NCBI GenBank assembly: GCA_001938485.1
Contig: MQRK01255149.1
Location: 1 to 64,000, forward strand
Source of the DNA: Girardia tigrina
Lineage: Eukaryota
Length of the DNA stretch: 64,000 nucleotides
Reading direction: 5' to 3'
Below, one piece after another: positions 1 to 12,890 of this stretch (its first letter is position 1; every line of letters starts with the position of its first letter). The notes beneath the pieces are model-generated. The model was not told the origin of the DNA. It was given only the letters and a program-made list of their open reading frames with translations, and searched no databases. The position numbers and the translations under genes are program-made.

Positions 1-2
1 CA

Positions 3-203
3 AATCAAATCGGATTCCAAGATTATATGAGAGTGCTGCGGGAACAAATCAATATAATTTCTGAAATGCGAAGGATCCAATCAAGAGAACATCAAGTCTC
101 TACAGTAATGATGCGAAAGGAAAGCCTTGACTGGTTCGACGATAAACGACATATTTTGCCAGATGGAATAAGCACATTACCTCATGGATATTATCTTTTG
201 TGA
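3..203 (+). CDS. C-terminal end of Polinton/Maverick protein-primed DNA polymerase B (5' part lies outside the window)
   Basis: Manual translation from nt 3: NQIGFQDYMRVLREQINIISEMRRIQSREHQVSTVMMRKESLDWFDDKRHILPDGISTLPHGYYLL*. Matches the Polinton pPolB tail (I.F.DY..L...IRS..H.V.T....K.SL..FDDKR.IL.DG..TL..G.Y). Confidence 0.85.
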   Translation, partial: NQIGFQDYMRVLREQINIISEMRRIQSREHQVSTVMMRKESLDWFDDKRHILPDGISTLPHGYYLL

Positions 204-1519
204 ATAATATACTTGTAAATATTGTACATATGTTAATAAATGTTTGTTGAAAATACTTGTCTTATACTTGTCTTTATTCATAAACTTGTAAAAAAACAAC
301 TTTTGTTATATATAACATATAAAATATAACATATAATATAAAAATATATAAGATATGAAATAATATATAAAATATATAAGATATAAAAATGTATAAGATA
401 TAAAATATTCAACTGTACATCACGTTGACATTAAGAATGCAATTTGTTGACATGATGAATACAATACATTGATATGATGGATACTGCCTAGGCTTAGTAA
501 AGTATTGATGAGCACAAGTGCAGTATTGATTAGCACATGTGCAGCACATGTGTAAAATTGATTTTTTTACACTTTTTGTGTAATTTTGATAGTTTTTACA
601 TGTTTTCGATGATTTTAAAGGTATTTTTCATGATTTTAAGGTGTTTTTCATGGTTTTTAAGGTGTATATATAATATAATAATAATATAATATAATATAAC
701 ATAGTATAATATAATATATATAATATAATATATAAAATAGTATAATAATATATTTATATATCATGGTTACGGTAACCATGGTATTTGTGATTATACTTGT
801 GTACAGTAGATGATTATATGGATGTTATGTATAATATTGATGCATGCTTGAAGTATAATACAAGATTTTACATGTAGATTTTACATGTAAAATAAAATGT
901 TATATATCTTGGTTACGGTAACCATGGTACTTGTGATTATACTTGTGTACATTCGGAGATTCATGAGGTATTGTTTGATGGTAAACAACATACATATATC
1001 ATATGGGTTTCAGATATGTACGAAAAATAGATTTTTGAGCACTTTTTTGAGAATTTCAGAAATTTTCGAAAAAATCGATTTATCAGCACTTTTATGAAAA
1101 TGTTGATATGGAATCTGAATGTGCGTATGTGGTTTCCTATTCAAGTGTATGAGCACTTTTCTGGTATTCTGCTTCGTTGTACCTTTAAAATCAATGTGCA
1201 CTTTGTGTAAATTTATACATTATGCTATTTATAGAGAAAAGTAATCAATATATGAAAATTTGAATTGCACATTCAAATAGAGAATCAAAATGTGCATCAA
1301 ACACATGATATCGATTGTTGACACTAGTACTTTTAAAAAATTTAATGTATTGATTTTTATACTTTTGCACATATGCAACTTAAAAAGCACTGTGCTAGCA
1401 CATTAGAAATGTGCAGCAAAATGTGCACTATCGATTAGCACTTACAAAATATTCCTTAGCACATTTGGACACTGTGCAGTTATCGATTAGCACTTTTTTC
1501 TACGTTCCTTAGTTACGGG

Positions 1520-1850
1520 GTGACGGTTGCTATGGATATGGGAACCGTTACCATGGTTACAACTGTCTTGGATCACTGTATCCGTTGCTAAGGAAAAGCG
1601 TCCCTTGGTTCCCGTTACCCGGGGAGCCGAAACCGTTGCTAAGGAACCGGGAACCAATCAGAAGCGTTTCCAAGTGAACTGGAACCGTTGCTAAGGTGAT
1701 CGCGACCGTTGCTATGGCAATCACGACCGTTGCTAGGGAACCGTCGACCAATCAGAAGCGTTTCTAAGGTGATCGCAACCGTTGCTAGGGAACCAAGGAG
1801 CCAATCAGAAGCGTTTCTAAGGTGATCGCGACCGTTGCCATGGCAACCGC
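1520..1850. repeat. Subterminal array of X-box-like (GTTGCyAnGG) and CCAATCAGAAGCGTTTC motifs
   Basis: ccgttgc at 1582, 1633, 1685, 1706, 1727, 1779, 1832; ccaatcagaagcgtttc at 1654, 1748, 1801; perfect palindrome GTTGCCATGGCAAC at 1834-1847. Confidence 0.85.
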
Positions 1851-1959
1851 GCGATAACTAGTTACACCACCCCCCGGGTTACAACCCGCATTTTTCCCCT
1901 ACTAGCTTTCTATCTTTGGATCTTGAAAGCTTAGAGATCTGTTTTGCATCTCGTTGTCT

Positions 1960-2495
1960 CTTAATAAATTAATGTCTTGATTCACATTTTTCACGTAATG
2001 GATTAAAAACATTTAAACAAGTCTCGTTTGAATCTTTATTGCAATTACATTTAGAGTCATTATGACTCTCAGAAGGTCTTTCATCGTTTGCCATCGTTGT
2101 AATTGGTTTTCTTATTTCTGTTTTTAATCATGATTATTCGAACAATTTTTCTAAATTATTTTTTTAAAATATTTAACCTATAAAAAATGTTAATTAAAAA
2201 TATTAATTTTTACCATTTTTCAATAAATCCCAAAATAATAAAAATGATTAAAAATGCATTTCATTTAAATTTTACTAAAAATTATTAAACTTAATTTTAA
2301 TTCTGAAATTAAAGATATGAACTTATAAAATGATTATTTTAATTATGTTCGAATAGTCAATCACTTTAAACTTAGTAAAAAAAATACTAATTTCCATCTG
2401 GGTGAGAGAATCACCATTCTAAATTCAACATACTTAAATCAGCATACAGCATCCATACATTTACACATTCAAACAAATTAAAATATTCCTCACAT
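1960..2495 (+). repeat. Dispersed repeat, copy 1 (unclassified)
   Basis: Colinear and highly similar to 17640-18147 (catttagagtcattatgactctcagaa ... ccatctgggtg.gagaatcaccattctaaattcaacatacttaaatc); diverged relative at ~36600-37010. Confidence 0.8.
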
Positions 2496-4614
2496 AATGG
2501 ATTTTTTTCTTCTCTTTTACCTCATCTATCCTTATTTAAACCACTTGCTGTTTTATAATAATGTTTCCGTAAGGATCTCTTTTGACATGTGGTGTTTTAA
2601 AATCCTCCCTGTGAGTTTTCCTATCTTTGTAACCGTCTACTGCCTTATCGACTGCTTTAAACTTATCTTTCAAATCTATTTACATCAGACCTATGAGGGG
2701 TTAATTTTAAATTTTTATCTCGCCTGAATAGTTTATTATTTTTTTTAATTTAAAGGGTAAAATATTTTTATGTTAATTTGCTTATTAAATATTTTAAAAA
2801 ATTAAAAATNNNNNNNNNNNNNNNNNNNNNNNNNNNNNNNNNNNNNNNNNNNNNNNNNNNNNNNNNNNNNNNNNNNNNNNNNNNNNNNNNNNNNNNNNNN
2901 NNNNNNNNNNNNNNNNNNNNNNNNNNNNNNNNNNNNNNNNNNNNNNNNNNNNNNNNNNNNNNNNNNNNNNNNNNNNNNNNNNNNNNNNNNNNNNNNNNNN
3001 NNNNNNNNNNNNNNNNNNNNNNNNNNNNNNNNNNNNNNNNNNNNNNNNNNNNNNNNNNNNNNNNNNNNNNNNNNNNNNNNNNNNNNNNNNNNNNNNNNNN
3101 NNNNNNNNNNNNNNNNNNNNNNNNNNNNNNNNNNNNNNNNNNNNNNNNNNNNNNNNNNNNNNNNNNNNNNNNNNNNNNNNNNNNNNNNNNNNNNNNNNNN
3201 NNNNNNNNNNNNNNNNNNNNNNNNNNNNNNNNNNNNNNNNNNNNNNNNNNNNNNNNNNNNNNNNNNNNNNNNNNNNNNNNNNNNNNNNNNNNNNNNNNNN
3301 NNNNNNNNNNNNNNNNNNNNNNNNNNNNNNNNNNNNNNNNNNNNNNNNNNNNNNNNNNNNNNNNNNNNNNNNNNNNNNNNNNNNNNNNNNNNNNNNNNNN
3401 NNNNNNNNNNNNNNNNNNNNNNNNNNNNNNNNNNNNNNNNNNNNNNNNNNNNNNNNNNNNNNNNNNNNNNNNNNNNNNNNNNNNNNNNNNNNNNNNNNNN
3501 NNNNNNNNNNNNNNNNNNNNNNNNNNNNNNNNNNNNNNNNNNNNNNNNNNNNNNNNNNNNNNNNNNNNNNNTTTTACCTTTTTTTACTTCTTTGAAAAAT
3601 TGTAAATAGCAAAAAATATACATATTCGTAGTGACTGCTAGAATCTTTGTACCCACATCTAACACTGTTTACACGATGTTTGTAAAGATTTCTATGAATC
3701 TTCTTGAATGTAAATCCTGAAAACAGTTCTGACCATCACTAATAATCACAAAACTTTACCATAAATATTGTAAGTTTCTAAAAAGTCCCGATAAGCAAAA
3801 AAAGAATATAGAAACAAAAGCAGTTAACTTTACCTATTTAAATTGAAATAAATTAAATGAAATTTTTTATTATTTAGAAATAATTCTCTTTTTCCGGCTA
3901 TTTACTGAGCGCATTTTATATAATTTGGCTGAGGATCATTGATATAAATATTGTTTTTTTTAATTTTAAGATTTTTATCCATGAGACGGATCAATACATA
4001 AAATAGGGAATTTGTTTTTGTGATTCAGCGATGCTTATTAATCTTGGTTTAATATTGAAAAGTTATTTAGAAATAAATTGAATTTTTAAATTTTGAACTG
4101 GCTTTAAGATTTGAAGTTAAATTGTAAGAAAGCAGATTGAAATTTAAAAAAAAACTAAAACCTTACATTTTCTAAAGAAGAATATTTAAATAAAAATTAT
4201 AAAAAAATACTAATAAATATCTCGGATATTGAACATATTGTTTTATTTTTTATCAGTTAGGGGCAACTTTCCTGACTGAACCCACCATGAGATTGTGATG
4301 TTTGGAGGTAAATGGACGATGTTACAGTCATTGATGTATTTCAAATAATCTCTCAAAATAAATTATTCAAATGAAAGTCTAGCAAGATCGACCTTTTAAA
4401 CCAAAACATTGTCTTTCAGTTGTTCAACCAATACCCGCAAATCACTGACTTTATCTTTAATTTTGGTGTTTTTCATGAAATCAAAAATTGGATTTTCTGA
4501 AACTTAATGTTTTTAACATTTTTGAGTCTGTGGAACCAAAAATATTACATAAGTTTCTTTCTTGAAATCTCAAAATCTTACATTTATCCTTGACTTTTAC
4601 TTTACAAAAAATTA

Positions 4615-5178
4615 CAATGCATATTTATATGGAAAAACAAAATTACCGTAAATTCCGGACTATTAGCCGCACTTAAAAACCTGAAATGAGTCATAATTTA
4701 AGAGTTACGGCTTATATGTTTTTATAATATTTTTATTTGTTTTATAATGTTTATAATGTTTTTTTATATAATGTTATAGCTTATAATGTTTTTTTGGGAA
4801 AAACAGGCAATGTGCGTCTTATAGTGCGGAAATTACGGTACAGAAAATTTAAATGGTTGCTAATCTGTTTTGTTTTTCAGAAAATATTTTATAAAAGTTA
4901 AAATATTTTAAAATAATAAAAAATCATATAAAAATATAATTTTATTCTAAGTTTTGGAATTATTTTTTTAATAATATTGAAAAACATTATATTTATTTTT
5001 AATTTTTTTAATGTTAAATATATTAATACTAATTTTTTTAAATAATTAGTAATAAATTGAGTAAATAATAAAAATGTTTTTAAATATTATTATAAAAATA
5101 ATTCCAAAACTTAGAAATCTAAAAATTTGACTCCATTTAAATTTTCTATAATTTAGTTTTCCCCATAAATATGCATTG
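4615..5178. mobile_element. Foldback/MITE-like long imperfect palindrome interrupted by a pogo-type MITE
   Basis: Left arm caatgcatatttat..ggaaaaacaaaatta[insert]cagaaaatttaaatgg mirrors right arm ccatttaaattttctataatttagttttccccataaatatgcattg; inner arms ttctaagttttggaattatt / aataattccaaaacttagaa. Confidence 0.65.
4646..4838. mobile_element. pogo/Tigger-type MITE
   Basis: TA-CCGTAAATTCCGGACTATTAGCCGCAC ... GTGCGTCTTATAGTGCGGAAATTACGG-TA; TA target duplication. Confidence 0.8.
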
Positions 5179-5478
5179 AATTTTGTTCGAACTTCCAGAC
5201 CCTTTCAGCTTATTTATTGGTTAATTTAAGCCTTTTTTTGAAAAAATTCAACTAATAATATTCTTTTTAATAATACTAATATTAATTAAAAAGTTTACTA
5301 AATTTAATAATTTTAATAATATTAATTGAATTATTAAATTCGGCGTTTTTGAGAGCGACGTTTTTTTACGTGGCGTTTTGGATAGATCCAGGTGAGTGGA
5401 AATGACCAGAATTGAATTATCACCAATGGTGTAATGCAATTATGCATATAAAAATGTATGTGTATGTATGATTGTTTA

Positions 5479-6599
5479 TAGGGTTTTGTGATATTTTTTC
5501 CAATACTTGCAATCAATTTTCCAACAAAGGTTATGTACCCATCTTTTTTTTAGTTTTCTTGCAATCAATTTTCCAATTTTCGCAATCAATTTTCCAATGA
5601 TATAATTTTAATCAATAAAATCAATAAAATTAATAAAATCAATAAAATTTCATAAAATCATTAAAATCAAAATTATTTTAAAACGATTTTTGATTTTTAT
5701 ATGTATGAAAAAATATAATAGAAGGATTAGCTAAATTTCTCTGGGAGACCGAGGGAAAATTGCTATTAATTTAGTCAAGGTCATTCAATGAAAGCAATTT
5801 CTGATGCTTTGGCGCTGAGTTACTGGGCATTTCAAAAATGTATAAAAATTTTTGAGAAAACATGTGAAACGGTCCTGCAGTAAGAACTAGAATCATTTCT
5901 GTTCTTGCTGCTATGAATAAAAATTCAATGATTTTTAATAAAATTCATGACAAAAAATTAAATGATGAAAATTTAAATGCCGGACTTGTTGAACTGAAAA
6001 ATTTTTGACAACAAAAGATCATTGAAAATCCAATGTTTATCATTATTCTGGATTAAAAGAAGTAATAAAATAACTCAATTTGACAATTGAATACCTCACT
6101 CCGTATTCACCTTTTTAAACTCAATAGAGAATTGTTCCTCAAAATATAAAAACTATGTTGTACACACTTGTGCTGGAAATGAAGAATTGAAAAGGTTGAT
6201 TGAAGGAGGATTTGGAGTAATTATTGCATCTGATTGTGATGGGTATTTTAGGAAAATGCTTCGATATGTCATTAAAGCTGAAAAGAGAGAAAGAAAATTA
6301 TATTTATGTTGTTATTTCAGATGTTATTGATTTCTTTAATTTTATTAATGTTATTAATGTAATTGAATTTAATATTAATTTAATTCTATTGTAATTTTTC
6401 ATGTATAAAAAAGTCAAAAATCGTTTTAAAATAATTTTGATTTTATTAATTTTTATTGATTTTATTTATTAAAATTATATCATTGAAAAATTGATTGAAG
6501 AGATTGGAAAATGAATTCAAGAAAACTTAAAAAAGACAGTTACATAACCTTTGTTGGAAAATTGATTGCAAAGATTAGAAAATAGATCGAAAAACCCTA
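5479..6599 (+). mobile_element. Degenerate IS630/Tc1-like element with long (~200 bp) TIRs
   Basis: Inverted arms (tagggtttt...tgcaatcaattttccaacaaaggttatgta vs tacataacctttgttggaaaattgattgca...aaaacccta), TA flanks. Internal remnant near 6090-6160 reads YLTPYSPF-LNSIENCSSKYKNYV (frameshifted), the PYSP.LNPIE motif. Related decayed copy at ~30200-30560. Confidence 0.7.
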
Positions 6600-7160
6600 T
6601 AATTTGAAATTATAAAATGGAAATGATTGTGTGTGTGAAATGAATGAATTTGATTGGTGTATGTGTGTGTTGTGATAGCGTCGTCAAATTTAATAAAAAT
6701 AAAAATTATCGAAATTGTGTTTTTAAAGGTGCATGGATAGTGAATCTTATCTGCTGTGGATTTATATTCTCACATCGATAAAATCATTGACATTATTCAA
6801 GATAAAAATAATATCTAATTCTTTTACTATAAATATCCTATTTTTAAAAAATGACAGAATATTTAATGAATATGAAAGTGATTTTAAAAATCCTGTTTAG
6901 ATACACGGTCTCCTAAGTATTGGAATACAGTTAAAAATATGTTTTTATACTTTGAAATTATTTTATAATTGATATATGAAATAATAAAATAATTTATTTG
7001 AGATTCTTGAAATATAATATTATTGAATAAATTTTAATGCGTTTTATATCTAATTTCTTGTGATTTTAAATATTTAACTTCATGAATTAAAAAAAACTAT
7101 TTTTTTCTTTTGAATATTAATTTAATCATTTAATTAGAAAAAAAACTTTTCCTATATTGA

Positions 7161-7942
7161 TAGGGTTGCCTCATAAGTTTTGTCGTACGTATATATCTAT
7201 GTTAACTGCAGATATCCTTGAATCACATAAATAATTCTCATATATTTGCAATCCCTAATAAAATGTGAATTAGATAAAATAGCATTTGCGATCTACTTAT
7301 GTCCGATAATTTTTATTTTCTGTTCTAAATGAATTTTTGTTTTAATAAAATAATAACATTTTTGTAAATTTCGCACATTTTTATCATTCTAATGTATTTT
7401 AATCGCTCTGATATTCTAAAATTAATTTACTCTTCTTGAAAATGGATTTAACATCCTCACAGATGACTGATGAAATTAACACGGCCCTTAGAGTAAGAAG
7501 AGTCTCAAAAAGAACATGTGAAAGGCGTATTTTCAATTTTCGTGAAAACAACTTTAACACAGATGATCAAGTCCGCGAAGGGTGGCCCTCTCTTGACATA
7601 GACGAGAAGATGATCGAGTTACTGACTGAAGACAAGTGTGCAACAACGAGGAACATTGCAGAGGGAATTGATCAGGATAAAAGCATGGTGTACCGGTACT
7701 TGAATGCAATGGGATACCGATACCTGGAAAATTGCTGGGTGCCCCACCCTCTGACGCAACAGAACAAGGATAATCGCAAAAGAATTTGTCAACAGCTATT
7801 GGATAGTTATCAACGGAATGATTTCCTGTCCCACATCATCACCGGTGATGAGATATGGGTTTACTGGGACAACGAAGGCGCTTTCAACAATAGATCGTGC
7901 AGAAAATCAGATTTTTGCGACAAAATTTATGAGGCAACCCTA
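7161..7942 (+). mobile_element. Internally deleted mariner element
   Basis: 25-bp TIRs TAGGGTTGCCTCATAA(G/A)TTTTGTCG at both ends; ORF 7436-7948 has the HTH region, WVPHPL and IITGDEIW (first catalytic D); the rest of the catalytic domain is deleted. Confidence 0.9.
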
Positions 7943-9780
7943 TATTAATTTGTAATGCAAATATTTGTCAAAAAAGTATTAATTAAAAAATAAAATTCAG
8001 AAATTAAATACTTAAATTATAAACCTTTTCTAAACTCATTTTTAACAAAATCATTAATTTCAACTTTTTTCACATAATTGAGAATGGAAAACCGCTGACC
8101 ATAATATTCTTATTTTATATTTTAGATCACATACGGGAATTCATTGATGGGATTTCTTTTATTTTTTTATATAAAACAATCTTGAAAACGGATTATTTCT
8201 ATCAAGACAATATTAATTATTCTAAACCAGATTTGGACAGTGTACTCGGTACAGAGATGTTTGTACAAGGTACACTCTCAGTTCAAAACTTTGACAAAGA
8301 ATCAGGAACAAATAATATTTTTTTAATTTAAAATAAATTAAAATAGGAATTATATGCTCAAAATATTACTAAAAATTATTTTGATCCTTCTGATTGTTTG
8401 ATTTCAAGTGAATTTATTTTGAAAAAAAATATCAAATAATTTATAAATATAAAAATTATATTCAATGTAGACATAAAGATACTCCATAGATCCTGTTAAG
8501 ATGTGAATTCTGAAAAATTATAAAAAATATTATATGAATAAAAAATTAATTTAATTATTATTTATTTTTCACACTGATATCAAAACTAATTTGGGTGTGC
8601 GAGAAAATATTTTATATAACTGATATAAAAATGCATACATTGCATAGACACTATGTCATCTCCGTACACGAATTAGTAAGCACAAACAACCAAGTTGGAC
8701 GAGTAAAGTCAACCGATTTTAAGGATGAATTTTCAATTCTGATTTTGCGAGTCATTATTGATCAGACATCAAAACCCTTTCATAAACTTTCAAAATAAAA
8801 TAATAAAGCTGTTACAATATTTTCTATTTTTATTATACGTTGTAATAAATTAATCGTGTTTGACTTTAAGGATTTATATGTTTTTATTGCATTTGTAAAA
8901 ATTTTAAATTTTATTTTATGAAGAATATTGATTTTTAATATTTATTTATTATATTAGAAAAATTTTTATTTTTTTTATTATTGTAATTTTTATAAGTTTT
9001 ATTTTTTAGGAAAATTAAAATTCTTCTATTTTTTAAAAAACGTTTGCTTGTAAAATAATAATATTTTTTACAAATAGAACATTATGTTCTAAAAAACAAA
9101 TTTTGATTTTGATAATTCTTAATTTTTTGTGATTTATTTTTTTTATTCAATGAGAATTCTGATAATTTTCTATTTTTTGCTTCAGACTATTCATTAATTA
9201 TCTTCGAATTTTTAAATTTGTTCTTTTAATGGAAGAACCACCTGATGAAGTTCTGTCAAGAACAATACATGTGGTGATTTTTACTGAAATAAAAAATTGC
9301 TATTCAAATGATGTACATTATGAATTTTTATAAAGAGGAAATTCTAATTATCTGAGAAATTTTAAATGTTCAAGATAACTTTTTATTGATTCTTGATTCT
9401 ATGGTCTGCATTTTGAATTAACTTTATCACTTAAATCTTTATTTAAATATTAAAATATTTTAAACAAAGGTAAAAATTATAGATTTTTAAGGTTTTTAAA
9501 ATACTGTAGACATCAACATATCGTGATTAATATGTTACGTGTTGCATGAAATCGCGTTGAACGAGTTTTGGTGTTAGAGCGTGCGCAGTACGGTCGCGGC
9601 GTCCCAGGGGTGAAGAAGCACAACGTAATCTAACTACCCTCACCCTCGCTCCCTGACTCGCTCATCTCGATCGACAGATCTCTGCGGCTCCTCGCTCAAG
9701 CCCCGTACTCCGTTTCAAATAACTGCGACAAGCACTCATTCTCCATCATCTCAACTCCAACACAATCCGTCAATGTTGAT

Positions 9781-10121
9781 CGAACAATTCGTTAATTTTT
9801 TAACAATGTCTGGAACACGGTGTTCCGATAAAGATTTTTCAAAATGTTTTTTCGCATTGATTTGATCATCTAAGTTTTAATAAGCATTCTCCGCTCTTGA
9901 ACAGGCTTTGGCGATTAATCTATAATCAGTCCATTTTTTACGTCCGCCTTCAACGGATTTATTGCACACCATAACACATTGCACATATTCTCCTCTTTCT
10001 AAACGCACAGCACCAACACCAGCAAAAACGTGGAATTCTTTGGATAAAGTTCGATAACTTCATTACAATGATCAAGAGCGACTGAAAAACTCTTCGACTT
10101 TTCAACCAACAATGCCCTCTC
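9781..10121 (-). pseudogene. STIP1: STI1/HOP (Hsp70-Hsp90 organising protein) TPR2A-domain fragment, disrupted
   Basis: Manual translation across one frameshift and one stop: ERALLVEKSKSFSVALDHCNEVIELYPKNSTF/GAVRLERGEYVQCVMVCNKSVEGGRKKWTDYRLIAKACSRAENAY*NLDDQINAKKHFEKSLSEHRVPDIVKK. Aligns with STIP1 ...[64 protein letters not shown]....YNKSLAEHRTPDVLKK. Confidence 0.85.
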
Positions 10122-10324
10122 CGTGAATTTCGACAAACAAAACATCAAATCAAAAAAAACTCCGCGGCAAAATTTTATTATTTCCATACAATCGATTTAT
10201 TTTTCAAATCAAAAATTTTTTCAATCCCAAAATTTGTCCAACATTATTCACAAAAAATCATAATATCACTGGCCACACATATTTTTCATCGTGAACAATT
10301 TCGCATACACCAAAATTATTTTCA

Positions 10325-10450
10325 AATAAAGAACAATGGCGACTTCCAAAATTTAAAATTGCGCCAAATCAAAAATTTAATTCATTAAAACAATCGAATT
10401 TCTTTTTCCGATTTCATAATTTTTGCTCCCACATTTAAGCGGGCCAATCA
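10325..10450 (-). promoter_or_regulatory. Promoter-like module upstream of the STI1 fragment (ATGGCG, GCGCCAAA, CCAAT)
   Basis: aacaatggcgacttcc ... gcgccaaa ... ggccaatcaa; the same motif order recurs at 20752-20922. Function is inferred. Confidence 0.4.
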
Positions 10451-11344
10451 AAGCTCGACAAGTAATTTAATGTTATTACATTTTGGTGCATTTTGTGTAT
10501 TGAAATTAGTTTTTGATTTTTACGATGCATTGTTCATTATCTTTTTTTGATTTTAGTTGTTATTTTTTATCAGTATTTTTTATATACACATTTATTTATT
10601 TAATTCTTTTAATTATCTTAACTTTTTACATTGCTTGTCGAGATTCTTTACATAACAGTAAAATATTTTTACAACAAAACAAATATCAAGACCAAAAAAA
10701 GAACATTACAACGTTAATCACGTTGTATAAAAAAGTTGATTTTTCTGATAGTTTTTGGTAATGAACGATATTCCAATAAATGATAAAAAATATTCTTATT
10801 TTGATTCATCGGTGGACAGATTATTCAATAATGAATGGGATCGAAAAAATGGAAATTAACGACACTTGAAAATGAAATGTACCCTAATGTATCTAGATTG
10901 ATTACGATGTTGTAGTGATTGGAGTGATGAAAATAAACTGGGTGGGTATAGGTGTTTTATGTTAGATAATTAACACCGAGTAGAAATGAATATACAATAT
11001 TCTTGTTTGTGATCGAACAAATAATATAAAAGATAGTTTTATACGTTGTTATATTCACTATTTTCAAATAGATTCATAATGATTTCTCGGGAGGAATTTT
11101 AAAGGTAAAATTTAGCAACTGATGAACAATAATAATTATTTACCTTTTTATACTTCTCCACTGGATCAGAGATATTTTGTTTCTTCTCAACTTTTGTTAT
11201 AAATGATTCAACCAAAGGAAATGGTTAAACTGATAAATAAATGTTCGGTGGCAATTTATGACTGAATAAAAATAATAATGTTTTAATAATTATTTATTTA
11301 AAAATTTTTAAAATTATTTCATTTTGTTCATTGTTGTTGGCAAT

Positions 11345-12479
11345 ATTTGGGTGGCACGACAATTAACACTTCAGCAACGAATTTTGATAGTAAAGCAGTA
11401 GATAAAGCATGATAGAAATTCAAGAGCTGTAGCTGCAGCATTTGCAAAAGAGTATCCTAATGACGCTCCTACATCACGACAATCAATGCATGTTTTGGCT
11501 AAAAAGTTTCACGAGACTTGCTTTGTAACCAACATGAAAAGAAGTGGGCGCCCTAACAATATGAATACCGATGAAAATAAAGAAAATGTTACAACTTTCT
11601 ATCAGAATGCGCCATCAACATCTGCAGTTCGTGCTAGTTTGCAGTTGCATATACCACGCACAAGTTTACGTAGAATAATGAAGGACATTGAATTGAAAGT
11701 TTGGCGATCTCGTTTGCTCCATCAAATGAATGATGACGATTATGACAGGCGCATAGAATTTTGAGAATGGTTACAGCAACAACTACATGAGAACAATGAC
11801 ATCAGGGCAGAATAATTTGGACCGACGAAGCTTCATTTAAGTTGAATGGTCATGTTAATTTGCATAATGCCGTGTACTACTCCACTGAGAATCTTCATCT
11901 GATATGGGAGACCAACAATCTTTCTCTAGGAATTTGTGTGTGGGGAGGAATACGTTCAACTGGTGTGCTGGGTCCATACTTCTTTGATGGAACGGTCAAT
12001 TCTCAGCTATATCTCGACATGCTGTGTGATTTTGCCGTACCTCAGATTAACACAGATAACGACGTTTAGATGCAAGACGGTGCTCCCCCTCATTATGGTA
12101 GAAATGTACGCGACTTTTTGTATAACACTTTTGAGATGTGGATCGGCTGGAGAGGAACCACTGAATGTTGGGTATCCTGAAGGAACGCGTTTCCTCACAA
12201 AATGTTCTAACCATATCCGAGTTGAAGGAAACAATTACTACAGAATTTGCAGCCTTGAACAACGATAAAGACTTGTACCGACGAATCTGTCACTCTGTTC
12301 AGAGAAGAATCCTGTTGTGTATTAAATCTGAAGAACAACACTTTGAAGATAAGATTTAATTGTTTTCAAGTTTTTGTTTTGAAATTATTATTATACGCTG
12401 ATTAAATAAAAGTTGTATCATTTAGAATTTTGTGTTTATTATTATTAAAACTGGGTAAAGCGACTTATGGCCACCCATG
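11345..12479 (+). mobile_element. Degenerate Tc1/Tc3-like transposon
   Basis: Broken ORFs: HTH (KRSGRP), IIWTDEASFKLNGHVNLHN, VWGGI..GVLGPYFFDGTVNSQLYLDML, QDGAPPHY, C-terminal ICHSVQRRILLCI..QHFE; right end gacttatggccacccatg-ta. Confidence 0.85.
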
Positions 12480-12494
12480 TATAACCAATCGGAA

Positions 12495-12890
12495 GATATG
12501 ATGCGGAAAGAAAAACAGCCGCTTTAGGTAGAAAGATTGATTTCAATCTTACTCAACGATTAGTCAACACCACTTAATGTACTGATGATTGCGACAAAAC
12601 TGCAGGAAATTGATTTGAACTTCTTCATCATCCTTCATACTCACTAGACCTAGCAGCAACTGACTATCATTTCTTCATCAATTTGAACAACTTTTTGATA
12701 AGAAAAATATTCAATTTCGAAGATGCCAGAAAAATGGCCTTCATGGAATTTATAGATTACCCCTCAAATGTCAAAAAATGGGTAGATAAATGGTTGCATA
12801 CTTTGATGAATGAAAAGAATATTTGTATCAGTAAATTATAAATAAACTTTGACTGTAGTTCTTTAAAATTTTGTACTTGACAACCTAATA
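12495..12890 (+). mobile_element. mariner 3' fragment
   Basis: HHPSYSLDLAATDYHFFINLNNFL (YSPDLAP.D motif) and TIR-like end acttgacaacctaa-ta. Confidence 0.75.

Larger units (their letters stand above)
1..1903 (+). mobile_element. Right end of a Polinton/Maverick element
   Basis: pPolB tail, then a repeat-rich subterminal region (duplicated ggttacggtaaccatgg block at ~765 and ~911; GC-rich array 1510-1860). Ends ...cccctact at 1903, i.e. 5'-AGTAG on the minus strand, a typical Polinton terminus. Partner TIR is outside the window. Confidence 0.75.

Noticed and set aside
1510-1860. CRISPR-like repeat array
   Set aside because: Eukaryotic context, irregular units, no unique spacers and no cas genes; explained as a Polinton subterminal array.
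1830-1905. Helitron 3' end (hairpin followed by CTAG at 1858-1861 or 1902-1905)
   Set aside because: The upstream pPolB tail and the AGTAG terminus favour Polinton; no Rep/helicase evidence.
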